Program-made: the position numbers and the translations under genes
Assembly (NCBI GenBank): GCA_026415295.1
Contig: JAOAHJ010000026.1
Span: forward strand, 11,638 to 75,637
Length of the DNA stretch: 64,000 nucleotides
Direction: 5' to 3'
Origin: Spirochaetota bacterium
GTDB lineage: Bacteria > Spirochaetota > JAAYUW01 > JAOAHJ01
The notes under the pieces: model-generated
Seen by the model: only the letters and a program-made list of their open reading frames with translations
Database searches by the model: none
What the model was told of the DNA's origin: nothing
Part shown: positions 31,698-42,510 of the stretch, piece after piece
Numbering within the stretch: the first letter of the stretch is position 1
How the letters are laid out: the number at the start of each line of letters is the position of its first letter

Positions 31698-32672
31698 TTA
31701 AGTAATTGGAATAAAATCACCTAAAATTAATCTATTATATTTTTTTGAAAAACATTCTAAAAATTTTAAATGTAATTTCATCGAATTTAAATAATCAGGA
31801 AGAGTACTTGAACCATTATTAAAAATTTCATCGATAATTTTCCTACTAATAGTACTTTGATATTCTATTATTGGAGTATCTACTTCTGATATCATATTAT
31901 CTTTTATTGTAATCATTTTAGAATTTTTTTCTAAAATGATAAATGCATTATTTTCAAACTCTATAATAATTTCATCTTTCCCATAAAAAGAATTTAAATC
32001 ACTTATAACTAAAAAGGTATTTTTATTTCCCAAAATAATCTCACCATAAGCTTCAAGAAAATTTTTCCTTTTTGATTCAAAAAATTTTTTAATATTAATA
32101 TCTATTTCAAATTCATCAATATTTTCTTCATTATTTAAATAAAAATATAAATCTAACATATGTAAACAATTTGATAATAAATTCCAATTATATCCTAAAT
32201 ATTTAAAAAATAAAATTTTATAGTTATTTTTTTTTAATTCTAGTTTTAAGTTTTTATAAAAATTAAAAATCCTTCTTGGATGATTTACCCAAACTTTTAA
32301 ATTTTTATTTTTAATAATATCAAGAGCTTCGTAGTAATTGTCCAATTTTGAAAATAAAACTTTTTCTAATATTATATATTTAATTTCAAAATATTTATTA
32401 GCTTCTTTAAATAAATTAAATCTAATATCAGAATTAGTTGCAATTATTAAAAAATCAAAAATAATATTTTTCTTTTCCTCATATAAATTAAATAAATCTG
32501 GGTAAAATTTAACATTATTCAATTCTTTTTTGTTCAACAAAATTTTAGCATTTTCTATGGAATTAAAATTATTTTCAACTACATACAAAAAATTATTATT
32601 ATCTTTAAAAAGATCCTCTAAATATCTTTTACCAATATTCCCGCATCCTATTAACAAAATATTACGCATCAA
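31698..32672 (-). CDS. Gfo/Idh/MocA oxidoreductase
   Basis: IGCGNIG, IATNS..R, LEKV, WVNHPRR, HMLD. Confidence 0.85.
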   Translation of the reverse strand: MMRNILLIGCGNIGKRYLEDLFKDNNNFLYVVENNFNSIENAKILLNKKELNNVKFYPDLFNLYEEKKNIIFDFLIIATNSDIRFNLFKEANKYFEIKYIILEKVLFSKLDNYYEALDIIKNKNLKVWVNHPRRIFNFYKNLKLELKKNNYKILFFKYLGYNWNLLSNCLHMLDLYFYLNNEENIDEFEIDINIKKFFESKRKNFLEAYGEIILGNKNTFLVISDLNSFYGKDEIIIEFENNAFIILEKNSKMITIKDNMISEVDTPIIEYQSTISRKIIDEIFNNGSSTLPDYLNSMKLHLKFLECFSKKYNRLILGDFIPIT

Positions 32673-33945
32673 GACCTCCTTTAATTTTTAGTAACCAAGG
32701 CATTTTATAAATATTAGAACTTAGCATCCATGTAAATAAAAATTTAATAATCATAATTATCAAATAAGAAAAAGAAGCTCCAATTAAGCCATATTTTCTA
32801 ATTAATAAAATATTAATAGGAATATTTAATAAACCAGTTAAAAATGTTACTATAGCTAAAAAGTAATTTTTATTAACATATGGTATATAAATTGCAACCA
32901 TATAGTACATTCCATTAAAAGCATTTCCTATACATAACCAAAAAACAATAGAAGATGATAATTGAAATTTTTTTCCTAAAAGATACTTTATAAATAAAGG
33001 TGCAAAAAAACCAAAAATTATAGAAAATATAATAACCAAAATGAAATAAATATAAGTAAATAATACAATTTTAAATTTAATTGATTCATTATTTAAACTT
33101 AATTTTTCAAAAAGCCAAGGGTTATAAGCATTTTTAAAAGATTCTATAAATAAATTAATAATCATAGATATTTGGACAGCGGTTGTATATATACCTGTTT
33201 TTTCCAATCCTAAAAGATTTGTTATAATAAATCTTGTAGATACAATATCTAATATACCCCCTAATGTATGTGGAATTAATGGCAAACCAAAATTTAATGC
33301 ATCTTTAATATATTCTATATTTATTCTCCACTCTATAAAATTTTTTAATAAATTAAAAACTGAAATTAAACCAAAAAATAATGTAGCTAAAAAAATAGCA
33401 ATAATTCTACCTTCCCACTTCATTTTTAGAAGAACTACTAAAATTACAGAAAAAATTACATTTAAAAAACTTTGACCAATTTGAATTAATCCATAATACT
33501 TTGCTTTTTTTTGTACTTGATAAATAGAAAGATTAGATAAAATCAAAAACTGTAAAAATGAAAAAATAACTGCAACTAGTATCCATATTTTTGGAACACC
33601 AGAATATTTATAAATAAAATCTAAAAATAATAAAACAATTATAAAAGTAATAAAAGAACTTATAAATAGTATAAAAACACAATTAGCAACATATTCTTTA
33701 AAGTTAATCTTTTTTTCAAAATAAACTCTAGTTATTGCTCCATGAACACTTAACCCCGTAAAAACACTAATAATAGAAACAAGCATTAGAAACATTGAAG
33801 TTATTCCATATTCTTCAGGAGAAAGATATCTTGTTAAAATTGGCATAAGAAAAAATGGTATTGCTGAATTAATAATAGAAGTAATAGTATAAATACTAGA
33901 TGTTTTAAATAAAGAATTGCTAAATATTTTTTTAACTATATTCAT
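32662..33945 (-). CDS. wzx: Wzx O-unit flippase
   Basis: About 12 TMs, PILTRYLSPEEYG, FGLPLIPH, GIYTTA. Confidence 0.88.
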   Translation of the reverse strand: MNIVKKIFSNSLFKTSSIYTITSIINSAIPFFLMPILTRYLSPEEYGITSMFLMLVSIISVFTGLSVHGAITRVYFEKKINFKEYVANCVFILFISSFITFIIVLLFLDFIYKYSGVPKIWILVAVIFSFLQFLILSNLSIYQVQKKAKYYGLIQIGQSFLNVIFSVILVVLLKMKWEGRIIAIFLATLFFGLISVFNLLKNFIEWRINIEYIKDALNFGLPLIPHTLGGILDIVSTRFIITNLLGLEKTGIYTTAVQISMIINLFIESFKNAYNPWLFEKLSLNNESIKFKIVLFTYIYFILVIIFSIIFGFFAPLFIKYLLGKKFQLSSSIVFWLCIGNAFNGMYYMVAIYIPYVNKNYFLAIVTFLTGLLNIPINILLIRKYGLIGASFSYLIIMIIKFLFTWMLSSNIYKMPWLLKIKGGLDA

Positions 33946-34645
33946 TATTATTTATTCTTTCCTTTAAAACTAATTCAGCTAATTTTAAATCAAAAAATTC
34001 ATCAATATCTATAGAATCTTCTCTATTCATTATAAAACCATAAATATCTTTTTTAATAAAAAAAGTTTTATGTTTTAAATATTGATCTACTTTACAAATA
34101 TATATAGCACCATTAAGTCTATAATATTTAGGTAAATCTTGAGATCTTTTATTTAAAAATTTTTTCTTAATAAAATTTGACATACTTAAGTTAGAAGGAA
34201 GTTTATTACACCATTGTAAAGGATAATCTACTTCACATACTGATATAATACAATTTGCACTTTTATTAATTAAAAAATCAATAGCACCATCTATATGTTT
34301 TTCATTTCTTAAAGGACTAGTAGGTTGAAGTAAAATAATAAATGCAGATTTATCTATATTATATTTTTTTATTATATATAAAATAACATCATCAGTTGAA
34401 GCATTATCAGTAGAAAGATAAGATGGTCTTTGATCTATAATTATATTATATCTTTCACAAATATTTTTAATTTTTTCATCATCGGTAGTAACAATAATTT
34501 TGTCTATATATTTACTCTTTAAGGCTGATTCAATAGTCCAACTAATTAACGGCTTGCCATTTAATGGGAAATAATTTTTACCTTTAATTCTTTTACTTCC
34601 GCCCCTAGCAGGAATAATAGCGATAAATCTTTCGTTATTATTCAT
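33932..34645 (-). CDS. neuA: CMP-nonulosonate synthetase (NeuA/LegF/LgaG)
   Basis: IIPARGGSKRI..KN, LLQPTSPLR, NGAIY, SIDID. Confidence 0.92.
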   Translation of the reverse strand: MNNNERFIAIIPARGGSKRIKGKNYFPLNGKPLISWTIESALKSKYIDKIIVTTDDEKIKNICERYNIIIDQRPSYLSTDNASTDDVILYIIKKYNIDKSAFIILLQPTSPLRNEKHIDGAIDFLINKSANCIISVCEVDYPLQWCNKLPSNLSMSNFIKKKFLNKRSQDLPKYYRLNGAIYICKVDQYLKHKTFFIKKDIYGFIMNREDSIDIDEFFDLKLAELVLKERINNNEYS

Positions 34646-35700
34646 AATTTAAATCTCTCAATGACTTTTTTATATTCTTCCCACTGCCCAACATCTATCC
34701 AAGAATCTTCACTAATAGGATAAACTCCTATTTTATAATTATTTCTTTTTGAAACATTTATTAAATCTGTAGCATGGAAAAACTCATTTTCAGGGATTAT
34801 ATTTAAAACATTACTATTAATAACATACATTCCTGTATTTATCAAAAAATTCATTTCAGGCTTTTCTTTTATTTCATAAAGTAGTCCATCTTTAATTTCA
34901 CAAACACCATAAGGAATTTTATAATTTTTTGCAGATACAACAATTGTTATATGATTATTATTTTTATAATGAAAATCACACAAATCATAATAATCAATGT
35001 CAATAATAATATCACAATTTGTTAAAATAAAATAATCAGATTTTATCTTACCTTTAAGTAAATATAAACTCCCAGCTGTACCTAAGGGTTTTTCTTCTTG
35101 CAAATAAGTAATATTAAAAGGTAAATTAATTTCTGAAAAATAAGATTTAATAATATATGATTTATAATTAACAGACAAATAAAAATCTAAAATGCCATAT
35201 TCATAAAATTTACCCATAATAATTTCTAAAATAGTTTTATCCCCAATCGGAATAAGAGGTTTTGGTAAAATTTTCGTAAAAGGTTCCAATCTTGTCCCAA
35301 ATCCACCAGCCATTATAACAACAGGTATTTTAAGCTCCTTGAAAATTGCTAATTTGGAATCAATTTTTGATTCTTCTAATATTAAAATTTCAACAATTGT
35401 ATCATTATCTGAAATTACAGGAACATATTTGATCTCTTTGCTTATAGCTTCCTCCACTATCTCTTTTTTATCATATCCTAATTTTACTTTAAATGTATTC
35501 TTATTGCAAACATCTTTTACTTCTCCATCAAGAGACCCTGTTTTTAAAATGTATCTTCTTATATCACCATCCGTTAAAGATCCTATTAGCTTATTATTTT
35601 CATCAACAACAAATAAGATTTTTTTAGCTGTTTTATCTAGAATTTTCATTGCATCAATAATATTTGTATTTTTATTTACTAATAAATCTAAAATATTCAT
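34642..35700 (-). CDS. CBS-domain sugar-phosphate nucleotidyltransferase (PtmE/LegX/LgaF)
   Basis: N-terminal CBS (TDGDIRR), MAGGFGTRL..PKPL, PLGTAG, WIDVG. Confidence 0.9.
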   Translation of the reverse strand: MNILDLLVNKNTNIIDAMKILDKTAKKILFVVDENNKLIGSLTDGDIRRYILKTGSLDGEVKDVCNKNTFKVKLGYDKKEIVEEAISKEIKYVPVISDNDTIVEILILEESKIDSKLAIFKELKIPVVIMAGGFGTRLEPFTKILPKPLIPIGDKTILEIIMGKFYEYGILDFYLSVNYKSYIIKSYFSEINLPFNITYLQEEKPLGTAGSLYLLKGKIKSDYFILTNCDIIIDIDYYDLCDFHYKNNNHITIVVSAKNYKIPYGVCEIKDGLLYEIKEKPEMNFLINTGMYVINSNVLNIIPENEFFHATDLINVSKRNNYKIGVYPISEDSWIDVGQWEEYKKVIERFKL

Positions 35701-35718
35701 ATAAAACTACCATAAAAT

Positions 35719-36888
35719 TTAAATTTTAAAAAATGATTTTTTAATCTTATCAAAATCTAAATTTCTTATTATATCTAATATTTTCTTTGATGTATTACCA
35801 TCACCATAAGGGTAAAAATTAATATTTTTAATTTTTTCTCTAAAATCCTCACTCAAAGCTAGATTTATAGCCTTAATTATTGAGTTTTTATCATAATCAC
35901 AATCAATAATACTTTCTGTTTTTATTCTTCCATTTTGTCTACTACCAATATTAACTGTAGGAACCTTAAAATAAGGTACTTCAACAATTCCACTAGATGA
36001 GTTACCAATTACTGCATCAACATATCTTATAGTACTTAAATAAAACAATTGCCCCATGGATGTAAAAAGAACAGCCTTACTTTTATTTTTTTTTACATAA
36101 TTTTCTATATATTTATTTATTATTCTTCCTTTTGGATCAGCATTGGATTTTGTAAAAATTAACAAAGTATCTTCAAATTCATCTAGTGCTTCCAATAAAT
36201 TTTTTATTTGTTTTTCTACATCCATTTCTTCTATTGTTGGGGGATGAAATGTTATTAGAAAATTATGTCTCTTAAACTTTATACCAATTTTTTTTTCAAT
36301 CTCATTAAAATTTAAAAAATTCATATTTTTTATATTATCTATAGAAATATCTCCAACAACATATACATTTTCTGGATTTTCTCCTAATTGAATAACATTT
36401 CTTTTATATTCTTCTGTAGAAACAAAATGAATATGACTTAATTTAGTTATACAATGTCTAAAACCATCGTCTAAAGATCCTTCTGTGATCTCTCCTCCAT
36501 TTAAGTGAATTAATATAATTTTATTAATATAACAACAAATTGCAAAAATTAAAGATTCAAATCTATCGCCTAAAACTATAGCCATGGTTGGTTTTAATCT
36601 TTTTAATGCATCAGCAAACCCAATCAAACCTAAACCCATTGATTTTAATATTCCTTCATTGGTATCTGATGATAATAATATTTCAATTTTTTCATTTATT
36701 TTAAAATTATCTTTTTCAATATCTTTATAAGTCAATCCAAACTCTGGAGATAAGTGCATACAAGAAACTAATAATTGTAAAGAAAATTCTTTATTTTTTT
36801 TAATTTCACACAATAATGGTCTTAACAAACCATATTCTGATCTAGAACCGGTAAATACACAAATCTTATTAATTTTTTTCTTTTTCAT
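35719..36888 (-). CDS. neuC: Hydrolysing NDP-sugar 2-epimerase (NeuC/LegG)
   Basis: TGSRSEYG, HLSPEFG, LGDRFE, GNSSSG, NIGSRQ.GR, YGDG. Confidence 0.92.
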   Translation of the reverse strand: MKKKKINKICVFTGSRSEYGLLRPLLCEIKKNKEFSLQLLVSCMHLSPEFGLTYKDIEKDNFKINEKIEILLSSDTNEGILKSMGLGLIGFADALKRLKPTMAIVLGDRFESLIFAICCYINKIILIHLNGGEITEGSLDDGFRHCITKLSHIHFVSTEEYKRNVIQLGENPENVYVVGDISIDNIKNMNFLNFNEIEKKIGIKFKRHNFLITFHPPTIEEMDVEKQIKNLLEALDEFEDTLLIFTKSNADPKGRIINKYIENYVKKNKSKAVLFTSMGQLFYLSTIRYVDAVIGNSSSGIVEVPYFKVPTVNIGSRQNGRIKTESIIDCDYDKNSIIKAINLALSEDFREKIKNINFYPYGDGNTSKKILDIIRNLDFDKIKKSFFKI

Positions 36889-37886
36889 AATTCAATAAAT
36901 TCATCCCTTTCGAAATCTCTAGAAGCAATTTTACCTATTATTTCTTTCCATCTCATTGGATTAATTCCATAACCTGGCCGTTTTGTTGTTATATTCATTT
37001 CAGAAAAAATTTCTCCTTTTTTTATATCTCTACTTGCAACTATACTTTTCCTTGCAATATTAATATTTTTTAATTCTGATTTTGTAGGTTTTTTTATACC
37101 ATCACCTAAAGCAGCCTCAACATTTCTTATACATTTAATCATTAATCTTAATTCATCAGGTTCAAGACTAGCTTTATGATCAGGTCCTGGCAAATTTTTA
37201 TCTAAAGTAAAGTGTTTCTCTATCACCTCTGCTCCTAAAGCTACAGCTGCAATTGGAATTTCTATTCCTAAAGTATGATCTGAATAACCAACTTTAACTT
37301 TAAATGCATCTCTTATGGTCAACATAGCTTTCAAATTTACATCTTCATATGGAGTAGGATATTCTGTATTACAATGCATTAAAATTATTTTTTCTCTTTG
37401 AGTTCCTGAACTTGTAAGTACATCAATAGCATCTTCAATTTCTCCCAAATCAGACATCCCAGTAGATAGAATAATATTTTTATTAAATCTACCAATTTTG
37501 GCTAAATAAGGATAGTTATTAATCTCACCACTTGGAATTTTAAAAGTATCCAATCCTAATTTATCTAAAAATTCAATACTTTTTATATCAAAAGCTGATG
37601 ATAAAAATTTAATATTTTTTAACTCACAATAATTTTTTAATTCTATAAATTCACTAAAACTCAATTCAAGTTTTTTTGCCATTTCTAATTGATTTTTATA
37701 ACTTTCCAAATTTTTCTTTTGATATTCTGCTAAAGTAGCATAATTTGTAATTTCTTCCTCTGAAATGAATGTTTGAAATTTAACATAATCTGCTCCACAA
37801 TTAACTGCTTCATCTATAAGTCTTTTTGCAAGTCTTATATCTCCGTTATGATTAACTCCAATTTCAGCTATTACAATTACTTTCAT
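36885..37886 (-). CDS. neuB: Nonulosonate synthase (NeuB/LegI)
   Basis: IAEIGVNHNG, KIPSGEI, HCNTEYP, GYSDHT, EKHFTLD, GPDHKASL, C-terminal SAF domain. Confidence 0.95.
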   Translation of the reverse strand: MKVIVIAEIGVNHNGDIRLAKRLIDEAVNCGADYVKFQTFISEEEITNYATLAEYQKKNLESYKNQLEMAKKLELSFSEFIELKNYCELKNIKFLSSAFDIKSIEFLDKLGLDTFKIPSGEINNYPYLAKIGRFNKNIILSTGMSDLGEIEDAIDVLTSSGTQREKIILMHCNTEYPTPYEDVNLKAMLTIRDAFKVKVGYSDHTLGIEIPIAAVALGAEVIEKHFTLDKNLPGPDHKASLEPDELRLMIKCIRNVEAALGDGIKKPTKSELKNINIARKSIVASRDIKKGEIFSEMNITTKRPGYGINPMRWKEIIGKIASRDFERDEFIEL

Positions 37887-37895
37887 ATTTATTCC

Positions 37896-38567
37896 TTAAT
37901 ATTTATCATTATCTCTTATAACCCTACAAGGATTTCCATAAGCTATTTTATTATCAGGTATATCTTTAGTCACAACCGAACCAGCTCCAATTATACAATT
38001 TTTGCCTATTTTTCGTCCCAAAGTAATAATAACTCCATCATCTAAAAGAGTATTTTCATCAATTATAACTCCTCCAGATAAAATAACACCTGAAGCAATA
38101 TAAACATTATCATTTATAATATTATCATGATTAACTTGAGAACCTGTATTTATTACAACATTATTTCCAATTACTGGATTTGGAGTTATTAAACACCCAC
38201 ATTCTATTAAAACCCCTTTACCAATTTTAGCATTTTTACTAATAATGGCATCAGGATGAATAATATTAACAGGCTCCCAATTATTATCTACTAAAAATTT
38301 ATATAAAGAAATTCTTAATTTCATTGATCCTAAAGAAATAAAAAATTTATTTGTATTATATTTTTTTCTAATATTATCCAACCAATATTTATCATAATCC
38401 TTATAATCATGCAATACTGGGATTCCTTCAATTTCCTTACCCCACAAATTTTGATTAATATCCGCAATACCAACAGGAATATATTTCTTTTGTTCGTACA
38501 AATTATATAATACTACATTTAATTGTTGACCAGCTCCAAATAATATAATTTTTTCCTTAATCTTCAT
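37896..38567 (-). CDS. NeuD/PglD/LegH-type hexapeptide acetyltransferase
   Basis: N-terminal Rossmann-like FGAG, hexapeptide repeats, NHD, GAGSVVTKD, GNP. Confidence 0.9.
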   Translation of the reverse strand: MKIKEKIILFGAGQQLNVVLYNLYEQKKYIPVGIADINQNLWGKEIEGIPVLHDYKDYDKYWLDNIRKKYNTNKFFISLGSMKLRISLYKFLVDNNWEPVNIIHPDAIISKNAKIGKGVLIECGCLITPNPVIGNNVVINTGSQVNHDNIINDNVYIASGVILSGGVIIDENTLLDDGVIITLGRKIGKNCIIGAGSVVTKDIPDNKIAYGNPCRVIRDNDKY

Positions 38568-38610
38568 TTTTAATCTCCATTTTTAAAATTTTTTTAAATT
38601 ATATCCTTTT

Positions 38611-39792
38611 TCATATTCTGTACCCACTTGGAATATTTACTAATCTTTCTTCTATCCATTCACTATTTTTTAAATCAACTTTAAAACAATTTTTATACAT
38701 CGGTAGTTTATGCATTAATCTCCATACAGGTCTTGTCATAACTCCATTTTTATTAGTAAATTCAAGAAAATTATCCCTTTCTTCCTTATTACTTAATAAT
38801 ATAGCATTTAACCAATAATTTGATTTGCAACCTTCCGGTTCCTTTACAAATTTAACATAAAATTGATTAATATCATTTAAACTATTTCTTTTATATTTAC
38901 CTATATAATCTTCATACATTTTAGCAGTTTCTCTTTTATTATTAAGAATTTTATCAATATACTCCATTTGAGCAAAACCTATAGCTGCATTTACATTAGG
39001 TAATCTATAATTATAACCTACTTCATCATGTATATATTCCCATGGATGAGGAACCTTTGCAGTTTTCGTAACATGAATAAGTTTTTTGGCTAAATCATCA
39101 TCATTTGTTAAAATCATCCCTCCACCACCAGTAGTCACTGTTTTATTTCCATTGTAACTTAAAACCCCAGCAATACCAAATGTACCACAATGTTTATTTT
39201 TATAATAAGAACCAAGTGCTTCAGTAGCATCTTCTATAACAGGAAGATTAAATCTATTTGCTATATCAATTATTTTATCTATTTTACATGGGTGACCAAA
39301 AATATGAACAGGAACTACTGCTTTTACTTTTCTTTTAGTATTTTTATTAACTAATACTTTTTCCTTTTTGTCAAATTTAGTGTTCTTAACTAAAAACTCT
39401 TCTAAGCTTTCAGGGCTCATTCCTAGTGTATCAATATCGACATCAATAAATACAGGATAAGCTCCACAATGAGCAATAGAATTTGAAACAGCAACAAAAG
39501 TTAAAGCTTGTGTTATTACCTCATCTCCATATTCTACTCCAATAGTTTTCAGGGTAATATGTAAACCTGCTGTACCATTAACAACAGCTATAGCATATTT
39601 AGATTTTGTAAAATTTGCTGTAATTTTCTCAAATTTATCTACAAATTCTCCAACATATGATACAAAAGTAGAATCAATGCATTCTATTAAATATTTCTTT
39701 TCATTTCCTATAAATACCGGTTCATGAAGACCAACTTTGTCTTTTTTATAAATTTCCTTTATAAATTTAATAAAATCTTCAAAAAAATTCAT
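38611..39792 (-). CDS. legC: LegC/LgaB aminotransferase
   Basis: LHEP.F.GNEK, STFVS, SYNGNKT.TTGGGG, GYNYRLPN.NAA, TRPVW, NIPS. Confidence 0.92.
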   Translation of the reverse strand: MNFFEDFIKFIKEIYKKDKVGLHEPVFIGNEKKYLIECIDSTFVSYVGEFVDKFEKITANFTKSKYAIAVVNGTAGLHITLKTIGVEYGDEVITQALTFVAVSNSIAHCGAYPVFIDVDIDTLGMSPESLEEFLVKNTKFDKKEKVLVNKNTKRKVKAVVPVHIFGHPCKIDKIIDIANRFNLPVIEDATEALGSYYKNKHCGTFGIAGVLSYNGNKTVTTGGGGMILTNDDDLAKKLIHVTKTAKVPHPWEYIHDEVGYNYRLPNVNAAIGFAQMEYIDKILNNKRETAKMYEDYIGKYKRNSLNDINQFYVKFVKEPEGCKSNYWLNAILLSNKEERDNFLEFTNKNGVMTRPVWRLMHKLPMYKNCFKVDLKNSEWIEERLVNIPSGYRI

Positions 39793-39814
39793 TTTCTACC
39801 TTCTCAAAATATTT

Positions 39815-41023
39815 TTACATCTTTTGATCTAAATATTTCTCTTTTTCAATATGTGTAAATTCAGGTAAAACTTTTTTAAAAAGATCAACTATCTCTTTTT
39901 TTTCTATTCTTTTTTTATTTTTTATTTTGTCAATCTCAACTAAAAATTCATCTATTAGGGTCAAATCTAAGGAATAATTAAGTTTCATAACTCCTATATC
40001 ATCAAACCTATCAAGGTCAATAATATCATTATTTGTATAAAACTCTTCAAATTCTTTTTCTCCAGTTGTATCAGTTTTAGAAATATAACATGGCCATTTA
40101 CCTTTATCAGGTAATATTTTAGCCAGTTCTCTTGCTTCATCTTCATTTTTACATAAATATATATCATAACCTATTTTATTAAGAAAATTTTGAGCTATGT
40201 CCCAAAAAGTAATCATATCGTTTATAGGATCCAACTTTGGAAAAAATATTTCCTTATTTTCACCACATAAAACATTAAGTAAACAGAGAACACCAGACTC
40301 TGATGGAATAATAAAATATCTTTTAACATCATCAGGTGTTGTTATAGGCTGTTTTTTCATTATCCTTTGAATAAATCCATATAATAAACTTCCATCACTG
40401 AAAGCTACATTAGCAAATCTTGCAGTTGAAATCTTAATTTTATCTGAATATTTTATTAAAAAAAGCTCCATTATTCTTTTAGAAGCCCCCATTAGATTAA
40501 CTGGATTTGTAGCTTTATCAGTAGAAACACAAAAATATTTTTTTACACCTTTTTCAATAGCTAATTCAATAGTCTTAATTGTATTTAATATATTGACATC
40601 AATCATTCTCATTAATGTATAGGGATCTCTTTCACTTCTTACATGCTTTAAAGCTGAAAAATTTAATATATAATCATATCCATCAGAATCATGAAAAAGT
40701 TTATCATAAATAGGAGTACCAACATCAATAGCAAATGTTCTAAAATCACCATTTATATAACCTAATGAACTTCTTATATCTCTAACTAATTCTGCAAGAT
40801 TATTTTCAGAAATATCAATTATATGTAAAACTTTAGGATTTCTTTTAAAAATCTCTTTAACAGTTGCACTCCCAATGGTACCTGCACCACCAATTACAAG
40901 AAAAGAACTGTTTTCAATAATACTCTTTATATAATCTTCTTTATTTTTTAAATCATTAGAGAAAAGTTTCTTTTTTCTTTTTAACAAAAATAAAATAAAA
41001 TCTTCGTCAAAAAAATAAAACAT
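39815..41023 (-). CDS. LgaA-type NDP-GlcNAc 4,6-dehydratase (Leg pathway)
   Basis: GGAGTIG, DISENNLAELVRDIRSS, ALKHVRSE.DP, RFANVAFSDGSLL. Confidence 0.9.
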   Translation of the reverse strand: MFYFFDEDFILFLLKRKKKLFSNDLKNKEDYIKSIIENSSFLVIGGAGTIGSATVKEIFKRNPKVLHIIDISENNLAELVRDIRSSLGYINGDFRTFAIDVGTPIYDKLFHDSDGYDYILNFSALKHVRSERDPYTLMRMIDVNILNTIKTIELAIEKGVKKYFCVSTDKATNPVNLMGASKRIMELFLIKYSDKIKISTARFANVAFSDGSLLYGFIQRIMKKQPITTPDDVKRYFIIPSESGVLCLLNVLCGENKEIFFPKLDPINDMITFWDIAQNFLNKIGYDIYLCKNEDEARELAKILPDKGKWPCYISKTDTTGEKEFEEFYTNNDIIDLDRFDDIGVMKLNYSLDLTLIDEFLVEIDKIKNKKRIEKKEIVDLFKKVLPEFTHIEKEKYLDQKM

Positions 41024-41057
41024 TAAATCTCCAATATCTTATAATTTAATTTCTTTC

Positions 41058-42377
41058 CTATAATTTAAAAACTTTCCCATCTTCTATATGAACTTGTTTT
41101 ACCGCATTTCTCAAATCTACAACAAGTTTAGCTTTTTCTACAATATGATCAACATCAAAACAAGAATGTAAAGTTGTAAATACTACGCAATCTACCTCTT
41201 CTAAAAGATCATCTGTTAAATCAACCCCTTTATAGTAATTTCCATGCTCAGATGTAACTTCTGGAATATATGGATCATGATAAAGAACAGTAGCACCTTT
41301 TCTTTTTACTTCATCCATAACTCTTAATGCAGGAGATTCTCTCGGATCATCAATATCAGCTTTATAAGCAACACCCAAAAATAAAACTTTGGAGCCATTC
41401 ATTGCTTTTTTATGTCTGTTTAATGCATAAGCTATTTTATTCATCATTCTGTATGGTTGCATATCATTTATATGTCCAGCAGTATGAATCATAGTAAGAT
41501 CAAAGTTATAGCTTTTAGCTATATATTCCAAATAAAATGGATCAAGAGGAATACAGTGCCCACCTATTCCTGGTCCGGGATAAAAAGCTTGAAAACCATA
41601 TGGTTTAGTTTTTGCTGCTTCAATAACTTCCCATATATTTATATCCATTTTTCCAGCAAGGAGAGCAAGCTCATTTATCAAACTTATATTTATTAATCTA
41701 TATGTATTTTCAAGGATCTTAACCATTTCTGCTGCCCTTGGAGAAGATACTGGATAAAGAGTATCTATAGCTTTCGAATATATTGCCATAGCTATTTCTT
41801 GTGCTTCTTTTCCAAGACCTCCAACAACTTTTGGGGTATTTTCTGTTTTATATATTTTATTACCTGGATCTACTCTTTCAGGAGAAAAACAGAGCCAAAA
41901 ATCTTTACCTTCTTCCAACCCAGATTCTCTTTCTATAATAGGCTTCATAAAATTTTCTGTTGTAGTTGGATAAGTAGTACTTTCAAGACTTATAAAAGTT
42001 CCAGGCTTCATGTTTCTTCCTATATCGATACAGGAAGTTTCTATATAGCTCATATCTGGTTTCTTGAATATATCAAGAGGTGTAGGAACACATATCATAA
42101 CACAGTCACATTCCTTTATTCTACTAAAGTCAACAGTTGCTTCAAGATATTTTTTATCAACTGAATATTTTAATTCCTCATCTTTTACATCACCTATATA
42201 ATTTTTACCTTTATTTACAAGATCAGCTCTATCTTTGCTTTTTTCAAAGCCTATAACTTTAACCCCCTTTTTTGCAAAAGCAACAGCTAAAGGAAGCCCA
42301 ACATAACCAAGACCAATAACACCAACAACTACTTTATTCTCTTTTATTTTTTGCATTATTTGTTCAAAATAATTCAT
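41058..42377 (-). CDS. wbpA: UDP-GlcNAc 6-dehydrogenase (WbpA/WbpO family)
   Basis: GLGYVGLPLA, ESTTYP, SPERVDPGN, GGHCIPLDP, AYKAD..DPRESP. Confidence 0.92.
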   Translation of the reverse strand: MNYFEQIMQKIKENKVVVGVIGLGYVGLPLAVAFAKKGVKVIGFEKSKDRADLVNKGKNYIGDVKDEELKYSVDKKYLEATVDFSRIKECDCVMICVPTPLDIFKKPDMSYIETSCIDIGRNMKPGTFISLESTTYPTTTENFMKPIIERESGLEEGKDFWLCFSPERVDPGNKIYKTENTPKVVGGLGKEAQEIAMAIYSKAIDTLYPVSSPRAAEMVKILENTYRLINISLINELALLAGKMDINIWEVIEAAKTKPYGFQAFYPGPGIGGHCIPLDPFYLEYIAKSYNFDLTMIHTAGHINDMQPYRMMNKIAYALNRHKKAMNGSKVLFLGVAYKADIDDPRESPALRVMDEVKRKGATVLYHDPYIPEVTSEHGNYYKGVDLTDDLLEEVDCVVFTTLHSCFDVDHIVEKAKLVVDLRNAVKQVHIEDGKVFKL

Positions 42378-42510
42378 AAAATAATCTCCTCAATTCTCTA
42401 TAAAATATTTTGTATTTTTATATTAAAAATTTATTTATAAAAATTTAAATATTAATATTTATTTTATTTAATATTTTTAACTATTTTAATATTATTTTCC
42501 AAAAAAAATA

